A stretch of DNA of 64,000 bases, from assembly GCF_037042905.1 (NCBI RefSeq), contig NC_087245.1:19840001-19904000 (forward strand). The letters run 5' to 3'. Position 1 is the first letter of the stretch. Every line of letters starts with the position of its first letter. Source of the DNA: Lytechinus pictus (Eukaryota). The notes under the pieces were generated by a model. The model saw nothing but the letters and a program-made list of their open reading frames with translations. It did not search any database and was not told the origin of the DNA. Shown piece by piece: positions 52,701 to 63,565 of the stretch. Both the position numbers and the translations under genes were made by a program.

Positions 52701-55440
52701 TCAGATCAATGATTATTTGTTTTGTGCTATTTTCCTTTGCTTCCCCCAGCAAATCAATTGACATGAGGACATAATTTTACTGAACGAACAGAATTCACCA
52801 TAAATTACCAATGAAGTTTAGTTTAATGAGCCAAATCTAAATGGCGCACTATAAGACGCACCTTCATAGTTTGGTTATTGTCCATGAAAAATGAATAAAG
52901 ATCTTTTTATGGGAGGAAAGAAGCAAAAATATTTTGATTTATAGCTAGTATTCCCCTACAATTTGACTTTGCATGACTGAAAATGTCAATGCAATGAGTC
53001 AGATCATTCTTTTATATCCATCAATTTCAAACACAACTTATCATTTATTTTTAGCACTGAGGGTGTGTCTTCATATTAAGGCGATGCTACATACTGCTAA
53101 AAAAGTATCATATCTATGTAAATAATTATATGAAATATTTTGAGAAGTTTGGTAATAATAGGAATGAAGGTTAACATGTTTTCTTTACACAACTGCAACC
53201 TGTGAGTTGATTTTTATATTCATGCGGTTATCTGGTGCACAGATTTTTAAGCACGGGTATTATTTTCTTAAACCGTTCACACCGCATTTCACGTCAAGAG
53301 TCATTTGTCAGTAAAGTAGCGTTTGAATAGACATAAATACTTCTGTCCAAAGAAAATGAAGATTCATTTCCTATTTCTCAATCTCCCTTAATACCCATTC
53401 AGCAAACCTAACCAACTTGAAAGAGGAAAATAATATAGATACAGATTTCCTAACTTTAGAAAGATGAAATTGTTTCATAGGGGAATTAGACAGGGATTTG
53501 TATGTGCCCACCTTTTGAAGAAGCGTTAAACACTCGGCTAAACTTTTAATCCAGGGATTGTGAAGCCACAAGAGAAGAAAATAGGGGCAATTCTGACAGA
53601 TTTAGTGAAAGAGATGTCTACTTTGTTTGTTCAAGTGAGTATGACGGTACTATCTATATCAAGTGTTCTTGCCCTTGAAATTAGAAAAAGCAGCTAATTG
53701 TGACACAACTAAGTTGTGACCTTGAGGAGAGAAAAGAAATTAATTTTGATTTCCTGAAAAAAGTTTTAATAATATCCTCCATCAAACCTATTCTTACCCC
53801 CTTTGTTCATCCTTGTGAATTTGTGTACAGGTTCCTCATGAATGATACTGAACAAACAGTTTGATAGTGAAAGGGGGCCCTCTATATGCGATATTATAAA
53901 AAAAAGATCATGCAATACTAGTATGCTGTAAATTATCACTTTAAAAGTTTCCATATCACATTTTCATTTCTCTTTATAGTGATGAATTATATAAAAAATA
54001 GGGCTGTAAATCTATATGGAGAAACTTCAAGCTTTCTTGATTTAAAATTGTCTGCATATATCGATATGCACTATTTTTTGTATATCTGAATGTTAATTTT
54101 TACAAAACTTAAAAACGCATCTAATTCTTAAAATTTTCCATCGATATAGATCAATACATATGTTTAGAAAAAAATGCATTTGTTCATGGAATAATCAATA
54201 TTGCTACTCATTTCAGAAAATGAACTGTTTAAATACAAATCCCACAAGCCACCAAAAGCTTGAAGTTTTTGAAATACATAAGAATTACGAAAACCACTAA
54301 AACCCCACAAAAATCCAACAATGTGCTGTAAAAAATCCTGCCATAACATTACTGAAATCTTTGGTCATTGAAATATATTATGCTATTTTGTAAAGCAACT
54401 TATTGAAATATCTTAACAATGACCATGCTTGTGGTTCATCAATAAGTCATCAAAACTTCAAAAAGATTAAGTATTTCTAAAAGTAAAAAACATTTTTTAT
54501 ACAAATAGCACAATGCAATATGAGTCTAATAAGTTGCATAGATAAATATTAAGATTTGAGAATGTTTACTATCTGTATTAGATTTTCATGAAAAAAAATC
54601 ACTCAATTTGATCTTCTTCTCTATCATTACCAATTGTATTGAATAATTTACCATTTTTAAAGTATAAAAAAGGTCTGTTAAGGCCGTCTGTGGCTGGACA
54701 ATAAAAGCACAGGAAACATTATTGATTTAAGTAAAGCAAATACTACTTTGTTCAGCACCTGCTTGGCTAGCCCGAGGGGCAACAAGATACGCAATGCTGC
54801 GTGTAATTCACAATGATCATTCAGTAGTGAAATTGGGCAGGCATACCGGTACCCCCTTTTCCCCCTTTTTATTTTTTACATTTTGAAATGTGATTGACAA
54901 ATGAAATCAAATGTCTTCTAAGCGGACTTGCTTAGACCTGCACCTGTACCTAAGTACCCCATTATGGCATTTAAATCTTGAGCATGATGGATATCGCCCC
55001 CATAACATTCACAAGACATAGATAGCTGCACAAATCACTCTGATTCTCAAGTTTTTTTGAAAAATAATGACCTTTTGGGATGGATGTAAAGATTTATTCA
55101 GAAAATGATATGTACACTATTCTTGTAATGAAATTTTATAGATTCGATCTATGAATTATCTTATATTTGCAAAGACATTGTGGATTCTTTTAACCCCTTG
55201 GATGCTGAATTCTCCTTATTCCCATAGACTTTGTACAGGTGCCACTCAGTTCTCGTAGCCTACGGGTTCAGTTCTTTTTACAGGTTATGCATATGATCCA
55301 TGATGCCCACTCATGAAAGAACAGAGAAGAGTAGAATGAAGCAATAATATGATAGGACTATCTGTTATTACATTACCTGCATGCAAGTAGGTCTTCATTC
55401 TCACCACTGCACCGTCACTGCGGTAGTAACGAGGGATCAT
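16493..55440 (-). CDS. Spliced orphan nuclear receptor gene, NR1 D/E/F-related (E75/E78/Rev-erb/ROR-like), ~945 aa; join(55440-55377 tentative, 51088-51000, 39718-39577, 22125-20315, 19692-19444, 18758-18545, 16761-16493)
   Basis: Two C4 zinc fingers (CMVC...CEGC; CSNNGQC...CQLC), LBD signature [26 protein letters not shown] motif and AF-2-like [10 protein letters not shown]. All introns are GT-AG with compatible phases (1,0,1,0,0,1). Exact orthology cannot be assigned without a tree. Confidence 0.93.
17502..18499. mobile_element. Non-autonomous hAT element (998 bp) in the last intron
   Basis: TIRs TTGGCCTGGGACT / AGTCCCAGCCCTA; perfect 8-bp TSD GTAATTAG at 17494-17501 and 18500-18507; subterminal CGGGTA repeats at both ends. 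Confidence 0.88.
18044..18133. repeat. Near-perfect inverted repeat (42-bp arms, 6-nt loop)
   Basis: Arms 18044-18085 and 18092-18133 match at 39/42; weaker outer arms extend to about 17988 and 18213. Confidence 0.92.
18545..18758 (-). CDS. Nuclear receptor exon: LBD helices 5-8
   Basis: 214 nt; cgcag acceptor, G|gtgaga donor; VLTIRFS...[29 protein letters not shown]. Confidence 0.95.
19444..19692 (-). CDS. Nuclear receptor exon: LBD helices 3-5 with signature motif
   Basis: 249 nt; tttgcag acceptor, GAA|gtaaga donor; encodes [43 protein letters not shown]. Confidence 0.96.
20315..22125 (-). CDS. Nuclear receptor exon: C-terminal extension, very long low-complexity hinge and LBD helix 1
   Basis: 1811 nt open frame within ORF 20291..22195; tgcag acceptor, AGG|gtgagt donor. 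[19 protein letters not shown] resembles ROR/E78-type helix 1. Confidence 0.94.
22893..22951. repeat. (GT)n microsatellite followed by poly-G
   Basis: Seen directly. Confidence 0.85.
23673..24510. repeat. Two diverged direct copies of a two-block module (23673-23790 and 24411-24510)
   Basis: Identical blocks AAGATTGACCAGTAAT (16 bp) and ATCTAAATTGGATGTGAAAACA (22 bp), with diverged spacers of 80 and 62 bp. Confidence 0.8.
25050..25262. repeat. Imperfect (CTA)n microsatellite tracts
   Basis: Seen directly; explains the poly-Y/T/V ORFs here. Confidence 0.8.
26572..26712 (-). mobile_element. Degenerate tRNA-derived SINE fragment
   Basis: ACCTCAACTGGGTTGAGTGCAG and GGATTTGAACCCATGAC are reverse-complement matches to the core and B box of the SINE at 29537. 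Confidence 0.5.
27680..28147. mobile_element. MITE-like element with ATCGTATTACCGAAC motifs
   Basis: Motif occurs forward at ~27686 and ~27894 and inverted (GTTCGGTAATAC, GGTAATACAATCACT) at ~28111-28147. Confidence 0.5.
29537..29790 (+). mobile_element. tRNA-derived SINE
   Basis: A-box-like CGGCTCAGTGG (29546-29556), B-box-like GGTTTGAATAC (29590-29600) and core CTCCACCCAGGTGTGGTAAATGAGTACC shared with three other copies in the window. Confidence 0.75.
29799..30392. mobile_element. Kolobok/T2-type MITE (594 bp)
   Basis: TIRs AGGGGAATCCAGCC / GGTTGGATTCCCCT; TTAA TSD at 29795-29798 and 30393-30396. The AG...CT ends argue against piggyBac. Confidence 0.85.
31801..32013. mobile_element. Short TIR element with internal CTAACCCTAA-like motifs; related decayed copy at ~48390-48585
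   Basis: GACATTTTCTCTGGCGACAATTG and CAATTGTCCAGGAGCAAATGTC form imperfect TIRs. Confidence 0.5.
35930..36362. repeat. GC-rich interspersed repeat ending in GAGTAC-polyC-GGG
   Basis: Internal direct repeat CCCGTTCCAAGGACCCTC x2; terminus resembles that at 37556-37576. The overlapping ORFs have no recognisable domain. Confidence 0.5.
36463..36899. mobile_element. TIR element (hAT-like termini)
   Basis: Perfect 15-bp TIR GCAGACCTGCCAACC / GGTTGGCAGGTCTGC; no TSD seen. Confidence 0.7.
37119..37576. mobile_element. MITE-like element with CCGGG-polyG / polyC-CCGGG ends
   Basis: Inverted homopolymer termini and repeated internal GGGGTCT..GGAAC motifs. Confidence 0.6.
38996..39355. mobile_element. 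Harbinger-like MITE
   Basis: Imperfect TIRs TGCTTTTCACACTGCA / TACAGAGTGAAAGGCA; repeated GGGTTAG motifs inside. Confidence 0.55.
39577..39718 (-). CDS. Nuclear receptor exon: second zinc finger ([47 protein letters not shown])
   Basis: 142 nt; ttgcag acceptor, G|gtacgt donor; canonical FFRRS, D-box and RNxCQxCRxKKC. Confidence 0.96.
44634..45124. mobile_element. MITE-like element interrupted by a LINE fragment
   Basis: Ends GGGTCTCGTCTTACAAAG / CTTTGTGAAACACCCC; a similar terminus (CTTTGTGAAACGCCCCCTG) occurs at ~423-441. Confidence 0.5.
44914..45073 (+). mobile_element. 5'-truncated RTE-clade LINE 3' end
   Basis: Translates to [19 protein letters not shown]...RTEWKRI, like the RTE ORF C-terminus (GKRxRGRPxxRWxDxI...DRxxWR); CAAGCCAAGTCAA tail; probable TSD CAACYTTAAGA at 44903-44913 and 45074-45084. 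Confidence 0.7.
45790..45975 (-). mobile_element. SINE fragment
   Basis: GGTACCCATTCACCTCACCTGGGTTGAGTG is the reverse complement of the core at 57546-57575. Confidence 0.7.
48980..49033. repeat. (CAC)n/(TAC)n microsatellite
   Basis: About 12 perfect CAC units; explains the poly-His ORF. Confidence 0.9.
49058..49886. mobile_element. Tc1/mariner-type fold-back MITE (829 bp, ~300-bp TIRs)
   Basis: TA|CAGTGCGTCCC...GGGACGCACTG|TA; 49058-~49367 is close to the reverse complement of ~49582-49886. Confidence 0.93.
50702..50792. mobile_element. 91-bp mini-MITE (Harbinger-like, CWG target)
   Basis: TIRs GGTCCCGTAACACAAA / TTTGTGTTACGGGCCC flanked by CTG on both sides. Confidence 0.7.
51000..51088 (-). 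CDS. Nuclear receptor exon: first zinc finger and P-box ([29 protein letters not shown])
   Basis: 89-nt exon with ttacag acceptor and AAG|gtaaga donor; canonical CxxC-GFHYG-CEGCK. Absent from the ORF track because it is short. Confidence 0.96.
51602..52016. mobile_element. PIF/Harbinger-type MITE
   Basis: TIRs GGCGACCGCACACCTTACGA / TCGTAAGGTGTGCGGTGGCC; TTA TSD at 51599-51601 and 52017-52019. Confidence 0.85.
55377..55440 (-). CDS. Probable first coding exon ([21 protein letters not shown]+D)
   Basis: ATG two codons after an in-frame TGA; 64 nt ending in CAG|GTAATG. This phase-1 donor matches the phase-1 acceptor at 51088. No homology support. Confidence 0.45.
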
Positions 55441-56720
55441 CGATCAATGGTTAGGGATGACAATCCCCACAAAACTTATTCCGCACGTGTCCTAGAATCC
55501 CCCTGAGGCACAAGCTTTCCCCCCTTTTCCTCTCTCCCGCCTATTTCAAAGCTCCCGGGTCATAATCACACACTCTGGATAAGGAAACATTCCTGCCGAC
55601 CGGGGACAAAAACACTAATCAGTCGCTGGTAGAGAGTGAGAGAGAGCGAAAGGGGATGATATGCCACTTCGTCATGCACAAGGAGACAACAACCGAAGGG
55701 GGTAATCTCGGTCGGGATGGCCCAAGAAACACCGATTTTGTTTACTATGCTGCGATCATGTCAGAGGCATGTCCACGTGGAAGTGAAAGACGGCAGAGCC
55801 CTTGGCTGACTGACAATAACGCCGCTGGAATGATCCATTCCTATCATAAAGTATCAACCAGGAATTAATCCATTTGTTTCATGAAGCTACAGGTACCGGT
55901 GGTATATGAGGCGTCCCCTCATTGCTCAATCGGTGGCAGTGGCAGGGCGGCAGCGTACCAATGCCAGTGACAAACGCTGAATGAAAGATCCTTAGAGAAT
56001 GACCTTGAGAATTCTACGAGTATATCCGAGTGTTGATGGACGCGGTCACAGATTAGGGAAAAATCCTGTGTTTAAAAAAGGTATAGTGTCGTTGCCAGTA
56101 TGTGGATAAGTGAAAAAAGAGAGATGTAGTGAGAAGAGATGGAGAGAACAAGAGGAAAAGATAGAGGGAATAGAAAGAATAGCAAGATATAAAAATGGGA
56201 AGGTGATATATTGAAGGAGAAATGTGTCAATAGAAAGAGAGCAAGGAGAGAGAAAAAATAGACAGAGAGGAAGAGAGAAAGTGAGTAAAGAGAAAGAGAG
56301 CTGGAAAGTGAGAGAGTTAAAAAGTGTAAAGAGAGTAAAATAGTAAAAGAGAGAAAGAGAACTTACAGATAGGGAGACAGAAGAGTAAAAATCTATGTAC
56401 CACTGAAAATAGAAAGACAGAATTGCACTAACTGGTCGATTGTATTTCCAATATTCACATAACATTACCACACACTTTTCCTCTCACCAAAAAGGAATGA
56501 ATGAAAAGGGTGAGGGAGAGGGACGATCAGGGGGAGAGAAAGAGAGAGGCCAAAGGAGTGTCATTGGATGACCGATGACTGAAGTGGGGGCTCAAAGTAC
56601 GTTGCTGCTGCTACCGTAGTAGACGAGCTGGGCGTACACGCTTGGGTAGTTGCGTGGGGAAACTTCACGTGGAGTGTGTTATCACGTTTGTCTCTCACGT
56701 CCAACACTGGCATGGCAGTG
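55441..56720 (-). promoter_or_regulatory. Candidate promoter / 5' UTR region with E-box cluster
   Basis: CpG-richer unique sequence upstream of the candidate ATG. CACGTG at 55484, 55774 and 56666; CACGTT at 56683; CACGTC at 56696. Long purine tract at 56100-56400. Confidence 0.45.
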
Positions 56721-57517
56721 GCTGGGTTGTTGCACTTGTTATTTCATGTCATTTGCAAGGCCATTCCAGTTCAAGGTTGAGTTTCTTGTTACAAAGTCAC
56801 ATGCACCTAGTTATAAGCTCTTCCTCTTTCATAGCATTCATTTTTTTTATAATGTCCACTTCAATTTTCATGAATTCATGGGTTCAAACCGAGTTCACTT
56901 CCAAGGAAATCACGTCAATAGTTGATATCAACAATGAACACATTTTACATTTGTAATTAATTTATCAGGGTCGATTACATGCAATCGGGGGTTTCTTATA
57001 TAATTTTATCTGTAAGTCATTTTGTATCAATTGTCTTCTTTCAGGCTACAAACCACAGAAATATATTAAAACACTGAATAGACCTTTTTTAGATGAAATA
57101 ATAGCAACTGTTCCTTCTAAGCTTTCTTCTATTCTTACGCTCTTTTGGCTCCTTTGGTGCAGTATTGATTATTGTTCACTACATCAGGTAAACCACATTT
57201 CTACTTTCAATTTTTGTCTACAGTATGAAAGTAATAATTGCTTGAATTCAAAGTTTGTGTAAATGCACTCTCATGCATATATATATACACAATGCTGTAT
57301 ATTTGATTTGGTCTTACTGCAAATCACTCATTTTCACTGTAAATAGGTTCAGTGATTTTTCATACAAAGAAGACTAATGCCATATCATATGCTCTACTCC
57401 TTTTCCACACCCTCTTCTCTTCACTCTCCCCCTCATCCTTCCTTCCTTCCTTCTCTCTCTCCCTCTCTCTTCTCACTCTGCCTGCTTATCTGATATTACA
57501 TATGGCGTAATTTCATT

Positions 57518-57700
57518 CAGCAAGAAATTTATCCATATTGTGCTGCACTCAACCCAGGTGAGGTGAATGGGTACCCGGCAGGAATTAATTCCTTGAATGC
57601 TCGAGCTAAAGCCGGGGTAATAATAATAACAAGGTGCCTCGGGATAGAATATTTCTAGATAGATGGTGCTATATAAATGCCTACTATTATTATTATTATT
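57518..57700 (+). mobile_element. SINE 3' half with (ATT)n tail
   Basis: CACTCAACCCAGGTGAGGTGAATGGGTACCCGG...ATTCCTTGAATGCTCGAGC shared with 29537-29790. Confidence 0.72.
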
Positions 57701-58866
57701 AAAAACAATAACTACAATATTTTAAAGAATTCACATTCTGTCACCATTTAAATCACCTCAATATACATGTGGTTAGAAAACTTAATTATCCTTATATATG
57801 CCAATGCATGAGAGATGAATTTAATAAAAAATATATATATTTAACAGAGCACCCAAACTGTTATTGAAAAAAATATCTTTATCTATTAAGAGTTCTTTGT
57901 TTTTTCAACAAGTACATTCATTTCTGATTGAAATAAAAATGACTGACCAAAAACATTTCATAACCACAGCACCCTAAAATAGGAGGAAAGATAAGTGAGA
58001 TTATGTCCTCTATTATTGACTCCATTAAAAGCCTCTGTGAAAGTGTTATTGCATGAACTATCAATCACTTACAATGATAATAATAATAATATGCTGAAAT
58101 AAACACTCTCAATACAAAATATCTCAAAAATAGTAAATTAATATCAAATGTGAAAATTTCCAGCTCACTAAAATATGTTCTATATCAGATATAAATTTTT
58201 CGTCTTTATATAATTTTTCTTCAACTTTTGTTTCACTATCAGAATCATTCTCGCTTTATTTACCATCATCATATCTCCTCTCCCCTTATCTGATTTCGCA
58301 TCAACAGAGGGAGGTAGACGCACTTGCTCCCCCGCCGCTTGGGTAACGGCAATAGAATTAGATTGATTTTTTTGGACAGAACGATGAAAACCCTGTCAAT
58401 CTACGGAACATAAAATGTCTGCTGGACAATGGATATGCGACTGTCGGCTGGCTCTTACGCCATCTCTACTGGAGGGTTTCAGGCAAAGCTCATCTGGCGT
58501 TTGGTTTCTTGCAGCTCAGAGCACTGCAGAGTTCAATGCAATGAGTAACTGCTCTTTTCGACGGCCTCTAACAGGTACATGCAATCATGGAAATAAAATC
58601 ACTCTGTGATTTCATCCTTCACCTTGTTGGTTGTCACAAAGGAGTCATGATTTAAAGACAGAAAATTTTATCTTCTTTATATCAAAGCCTGTCTAAAGAA
58701 TTTTTGAAAGGTTTGATATAAAGATAATTACATCAAGAAATTTCAAGCATGACAAGAGCTTTCATGACAATAAAAAGTGCATTCATTAGAAGAAACAAAT
58801 TATCAAGTACCATGTCCTGTAAGCTAGACAACTAGATGTTTTAATTGTAAATTTCACCCATGGATA

Positions 58867-59100
58867 CAGTTGTACTCAAAAGTTAGTGAGCCCCACCACA
58901 AAATGCTTTCCTTCAATGCTGAGTGTTGAATGTAAACAACAACACTACAATGTTTGACCAGCAAGATAAACAAACTTTATTGAATGTAATATATGTTATC
59001 ACCTGACTTCACAATGAAATATCTAAAACATGGCAGAACTTGAATGCTTTGAATATGTTCACTTTCAGGTGGGGTTCACTAACTTTTTTTAGCACCACTG
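58867..59100. mobile_element. Tc1-type MITE (234 bp)
   Basis: TA|CAGTTGTACTCAAAAGTTAGTGAGCCCCACC...GGTGGGGTTCACTAACTTTTTTTAGCACCACTG|TA. Confidence 0.85.
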
Positions 59101-62100
59101 TATAAGTTTTACTATTACATTATGCTCACTTGTGTATTATGGTAGAAGTATCAAAGTAAAATGGCATTTATTCAATAAACCACACATGGCAGCCCAAAGG
59201 CTGAACTACATGGAGCTTACATTGACAATGATTGAAATTTCAATCAAATACAATTTTATTAATATGTTAAATCACAATTTGGTTTCCTGTTTATTACTTG
59301 TATTTTGCAGTGTGTTCTATTTTTTGTTTATTGAACTCATTGTTGTTTGCAAGATATTTTGTTCATTCTACGCTGAGATTAATTCCAAATGATTGACAAT
59401 CTGAGAAAAAGGCATTACCGATACCCAATAATAAAAAGAAATAATGTCCTTTTGTACGATATAATGCTATAAAAATGTAAACAGAGGTTTCTGCCGGATA
59501 TTCTGGCGCTATATTGAAGAAAATATTAGCACTCCTTTCTGATCATTTGCATCAACCGTATTGGCCAAAAATGGAAAATCAGGCAAAATCTAAACCTTGA
59601 AATACAAGCAAATCACTCGTGAATAGCATTATCAAATTGGCAATAAAAGGGAGGAAATAGTATTGAGAAAAACAAAGATGCATTCATTTATATTTGGGAC
59701 AGACAATTTTCTCTTCATAGCAACCTCGAAATTGAGCTTATGGTGATTTTAAAATGAAAATTATATTATATTCATTCACTATAATAGCTACATCAGTATA
59801 ATATTGACGTTGATAAGTCAGTACATCCATCAGCATACCTCCGACAATGATGTCCGATGGAAAGGGAACTCTTCTTTTTAAATGTATCTGCAAGAAGGTT
59901 GCTGAATGATGCATCGACCAATGTAAACTACAGATTAAAGCCCTTCTGGCTCTGTGCAGGTGATATAACATACATTTCAAATGAGTGTCATCTCCAGGGC
60001 ATCTTATCCCTTGTATCCAATCCAATACAGAAGACGATGAGAGGGGGGGGGGGGGGCATGGACATGCAGGAGAAAAGTCGCCTCTTATGCCTTCAATAGT
60101 TAAATTTGATAAAGATCATGTCAGAAGAAGGGGTGGGAAATGGGTGGGGAAGGCATCTCGTCCCTTTTAACCAATCAAATTAAGATTATTATAGTCATGG
60201 TGGAGGGTGGTGGTGGGGGGGGGGGGTGCCATTCCATGCCGTGTCTTCAGTCTAATAAAGTAATAGAGATCATTCCAGTCAAGGAGGAAGGGGGCATGGG
60301 GATGGAAGGGGAGGGGGGGAATGGCTAGAATCCAGCCAAATAAAAATCACCAAGAGATGGAGAGTGGAATGCATAGGGGACTGGGAGGGATCTCATAGAC
60401 ATGATGGAAGGGAGGGTGGTGGCATGGGGCACCCCACCCTCCTGTAAGTAATAACACATTTTATTCATGCTGGACAGGAGGGTGGGGAACAGCGGGGGGG
60501 GGGGGGTGTTGGCAGAAAGTGCAACGTCCTACTGAGCATGTCAAGCTCCTCAAGTTTCTTCATTCAACCAACATAGGGGGCCTCTAAACCAATTCACACC
60601 ATCTGAGAGGAGCTTGAAATACTCCTCATACTAGCACTAATTACCCATTGAGCCTGTCATACTGTGGACGCAACAGCGGCCGTCGGACTATAACTGGTGG
60701 CAAAATTTACAAGAGAGGGACGATTGAATGAGAGAGTTATCAACATTAAGCCGTGATAATTGGATAAGAATTATTTATGCTACAACAACGTCACTTCTCG
60801 GAGTTGGATCTGGCTTCCCAGAACTGAGAATAGGTTTTCAATCAAACTGACAGAAAAGATTAGTGACTTCTGAGAAGAAAACAGTTGGAGAACATGAATG
60901 AAAATATTTTAAAGAACTTTTCCATTCAATGCAACAACTCTTCATATTATCCTATTGACAAATCAACATTAATTCAACATGTCAAATGTGATATCATGAA
61001 TACTTGCAAATTATTTACTATCAATAACTGGGATATATTCATTTGATTTGCTAGTTCATTACGATTAACTTGCACGCCGAATAAAAAGTACAAAATTTTC
61101 CTGCGTGCGCGCTGCATCTCCCTATGAACGCACTATCTCAAGATCATCGCGCAATTGGGCGTTATTTCTGTCAAAACACATTTCATTTTATGTGGAGAAG
61201 TAATTAATAGTTGTGTAAAATCACAATATAAAAAGAAAAGCCTATACAATTATTACAATCAGAGCACATGTACAATCAAACATTTTCTTCATGGACAGCA
61301 AAAATTATGATTTTTGGTGCTAGAATTAGAGGTGAACTTGCATGTTATAGTCACCATTTTATGTTACATTAATCATATATGTTGATTTTTTTTTCTTATT
61401 TCCAATTAAAATCAAAATTCCTCAAAACACTCAATGACCCTCTCCTCCAGTAACACTCTTCCAAGACATTAATTTCTGGTTGGACTCCCCTTTTACTTTG
61501 GATATTTAGGGGACATGGTGGTTTAAAGATGTAGAATTGAGAAGTTATGATTGTGCTATCATATCATCATCCACCACCATGAGATGTTGCCTCTTAGAGC
61601 ATCCTTATCATGTTCTTATCATTCCTATCTCTCTTCTCTGTCAGCAACATCATCTAAAGTTCATGTACTTTGCACAGGGGTGAAGGGAAAGGGGGGGGGG
61701 GGATACCTCACACAAGAAATGTACAAGAAACATTTTGACAACTGTGGCATTAAGAGCCAGAATATCTGGTGCTGAAGAGGAGACATATTCACAAAGAATC
61801 AATCTACCTGCCACTCTAAGAGAATGATTGGATATTGATTTACCAATGAGCAAACCTTCCTGTTGAGATTCGTGTAACATCTATTTAACCTTCAGACTAT
61901 TGAATATTGTGATTCCCATCCTGTTCCAGGAGCCAGTGGGTTAAACCTCTTGAGTTCTTCTGATTCTCAGGTGGATAATAGTCAACTGTCTTATAATGAT
62001 GGAATAAGAGTCGACTATTTTTAATGCTTAGAAAAAATTTCCTTGATTTATACCTCGAACCAGATTTCAATTCAATGAACAAAAATACTGTGATTCCATG

Positions 62101-63131
62101 AAATCATCGGGTATTTTTATTAATTAAAGATTAAACTTGAATGGATTATAGTTTTTAAAAGAATTTGTGGATGATTATCATTAGGTATAATCATTTATGC
62201 AGACTTTCCTATCAAGATATAAAGGTCATTAAATCATATCTTCAAAGATAGTTTCCCATCTAATGCCACCTGTTTGGCAAATATACAATGATAAATCATC
62301 CTTTACAAACTTCTCGGATGAAAAAAGCATTGTCTACAGTTTCAAATGGGATTTGAAAACTATTAGAAAGAACAGCAAGGTAATACAACTATTTAGCTAG
62401 GGTTATTCAATTGTAGAAAGTTAGAAAAAAATCCGTTTGATTTTGATCCATTTGTGCTTGGCTTCTGTTATGGAAAGAAAATATTTAGGAAAAAATGACC
62501 ACTTGCTTCGTTCGAAAACACAAAGGGAAGCATAACAAATAATTCCTGATGAAAAGACTGACCTGATTTTATCTTCAATTTTTTTTTCGTTGAAAAGAAG
62601 CTTTAAAAAGTTGATGGAGTGCAACAATAATTGTATATGTTGTGTAGAAAAGTAACAATATTGTACATAATGGTAACTATCACAGCTTATTCTATCACTA
62701 GCTTGAGTTTTCACTACTTCTAAAATGGCAAAAGCTAAACTAATTTAAAACCAGTTTAGCTACCACAGATACATGGCTGTATATTTGGAACTGCTGACTC
62801 AAAATCAAATAGCGATGGGAAACTACTGCTAGAAAAAAAAAAGATAATTCATGCTTTAATAATACTCGAAACCGACAAGATTTTTTTAATCATTATTTAA
62901 TTTGAAGTACATAAAAGCAGTTTCTTCTTTACAACAGTATCTGTTTTAGCTAAAATGAATGATATAAACTTGTACTTATAATAATTACATGTAGTTTTGT
63001 AAGATCAGTGAAAATTTTTGCTACATGATAATAAATTCTTCCATGATAATTACCGTTATTTACAATACTGTAAAAAATGATATGTACTCTAAGAACATTA
63101 AGTATGTTGGTAATGATATATCAGGAGTGAA

Positions 63132-63565
63132 TGACCTACAAAAAATAAAAATATACATGTACACCGAAAAAGCCCTTTGAGCCCTTTTATCTATATGATA
63201 AAAAGATAACATTGTATATGAAATTCCCATTTCATAGGTGACTATCCTGTCTGCTACAATAAAGTCACCTAACGTGATGATATCATGAAAGGCCTAAGGA
63301 ATTCATCAAGCTGAGAGTTATAAGTCATAGTACATTTAATTCTGTACGCAAATTTGTGTCCATACTTGTGAAACCCAGAGGATAAAAGTGACCTACTTGT
63401 CAGAAGAGATAGTAATAAAATGATTTGAGCTTCTATGTTTTATGTCCAATTTGAAAAGGCAGTAATCAGTTGAGACGGGGTTCTCAGACCTGAAAGAGGG
63501 GCTAAACATATTCCATGTCTCATACTTATCTGCTTATACTCAACTTCTGCCAGAGTGACCTATAT
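63132..63565 (-). promoter_or_regulatory. Cluster of three RORE/RevRE-type extended half-sites
   Basis: Minus-strand TTTGTAGGTCA (63132), CAAGTAGGTCA (63389) and ATATAGGTCA (63556). Confidence 0.35.

Noticed and set aside
16493-55440. Assigning a specific gene symbol (E78, Rev-erb/NR1D, ROR or E75)
   Set aside because: The diagnostic motifs conflict (E75-like finger 1, knirps-like CTE, E78/ROR-like helix 12); a phylogeny is needed.
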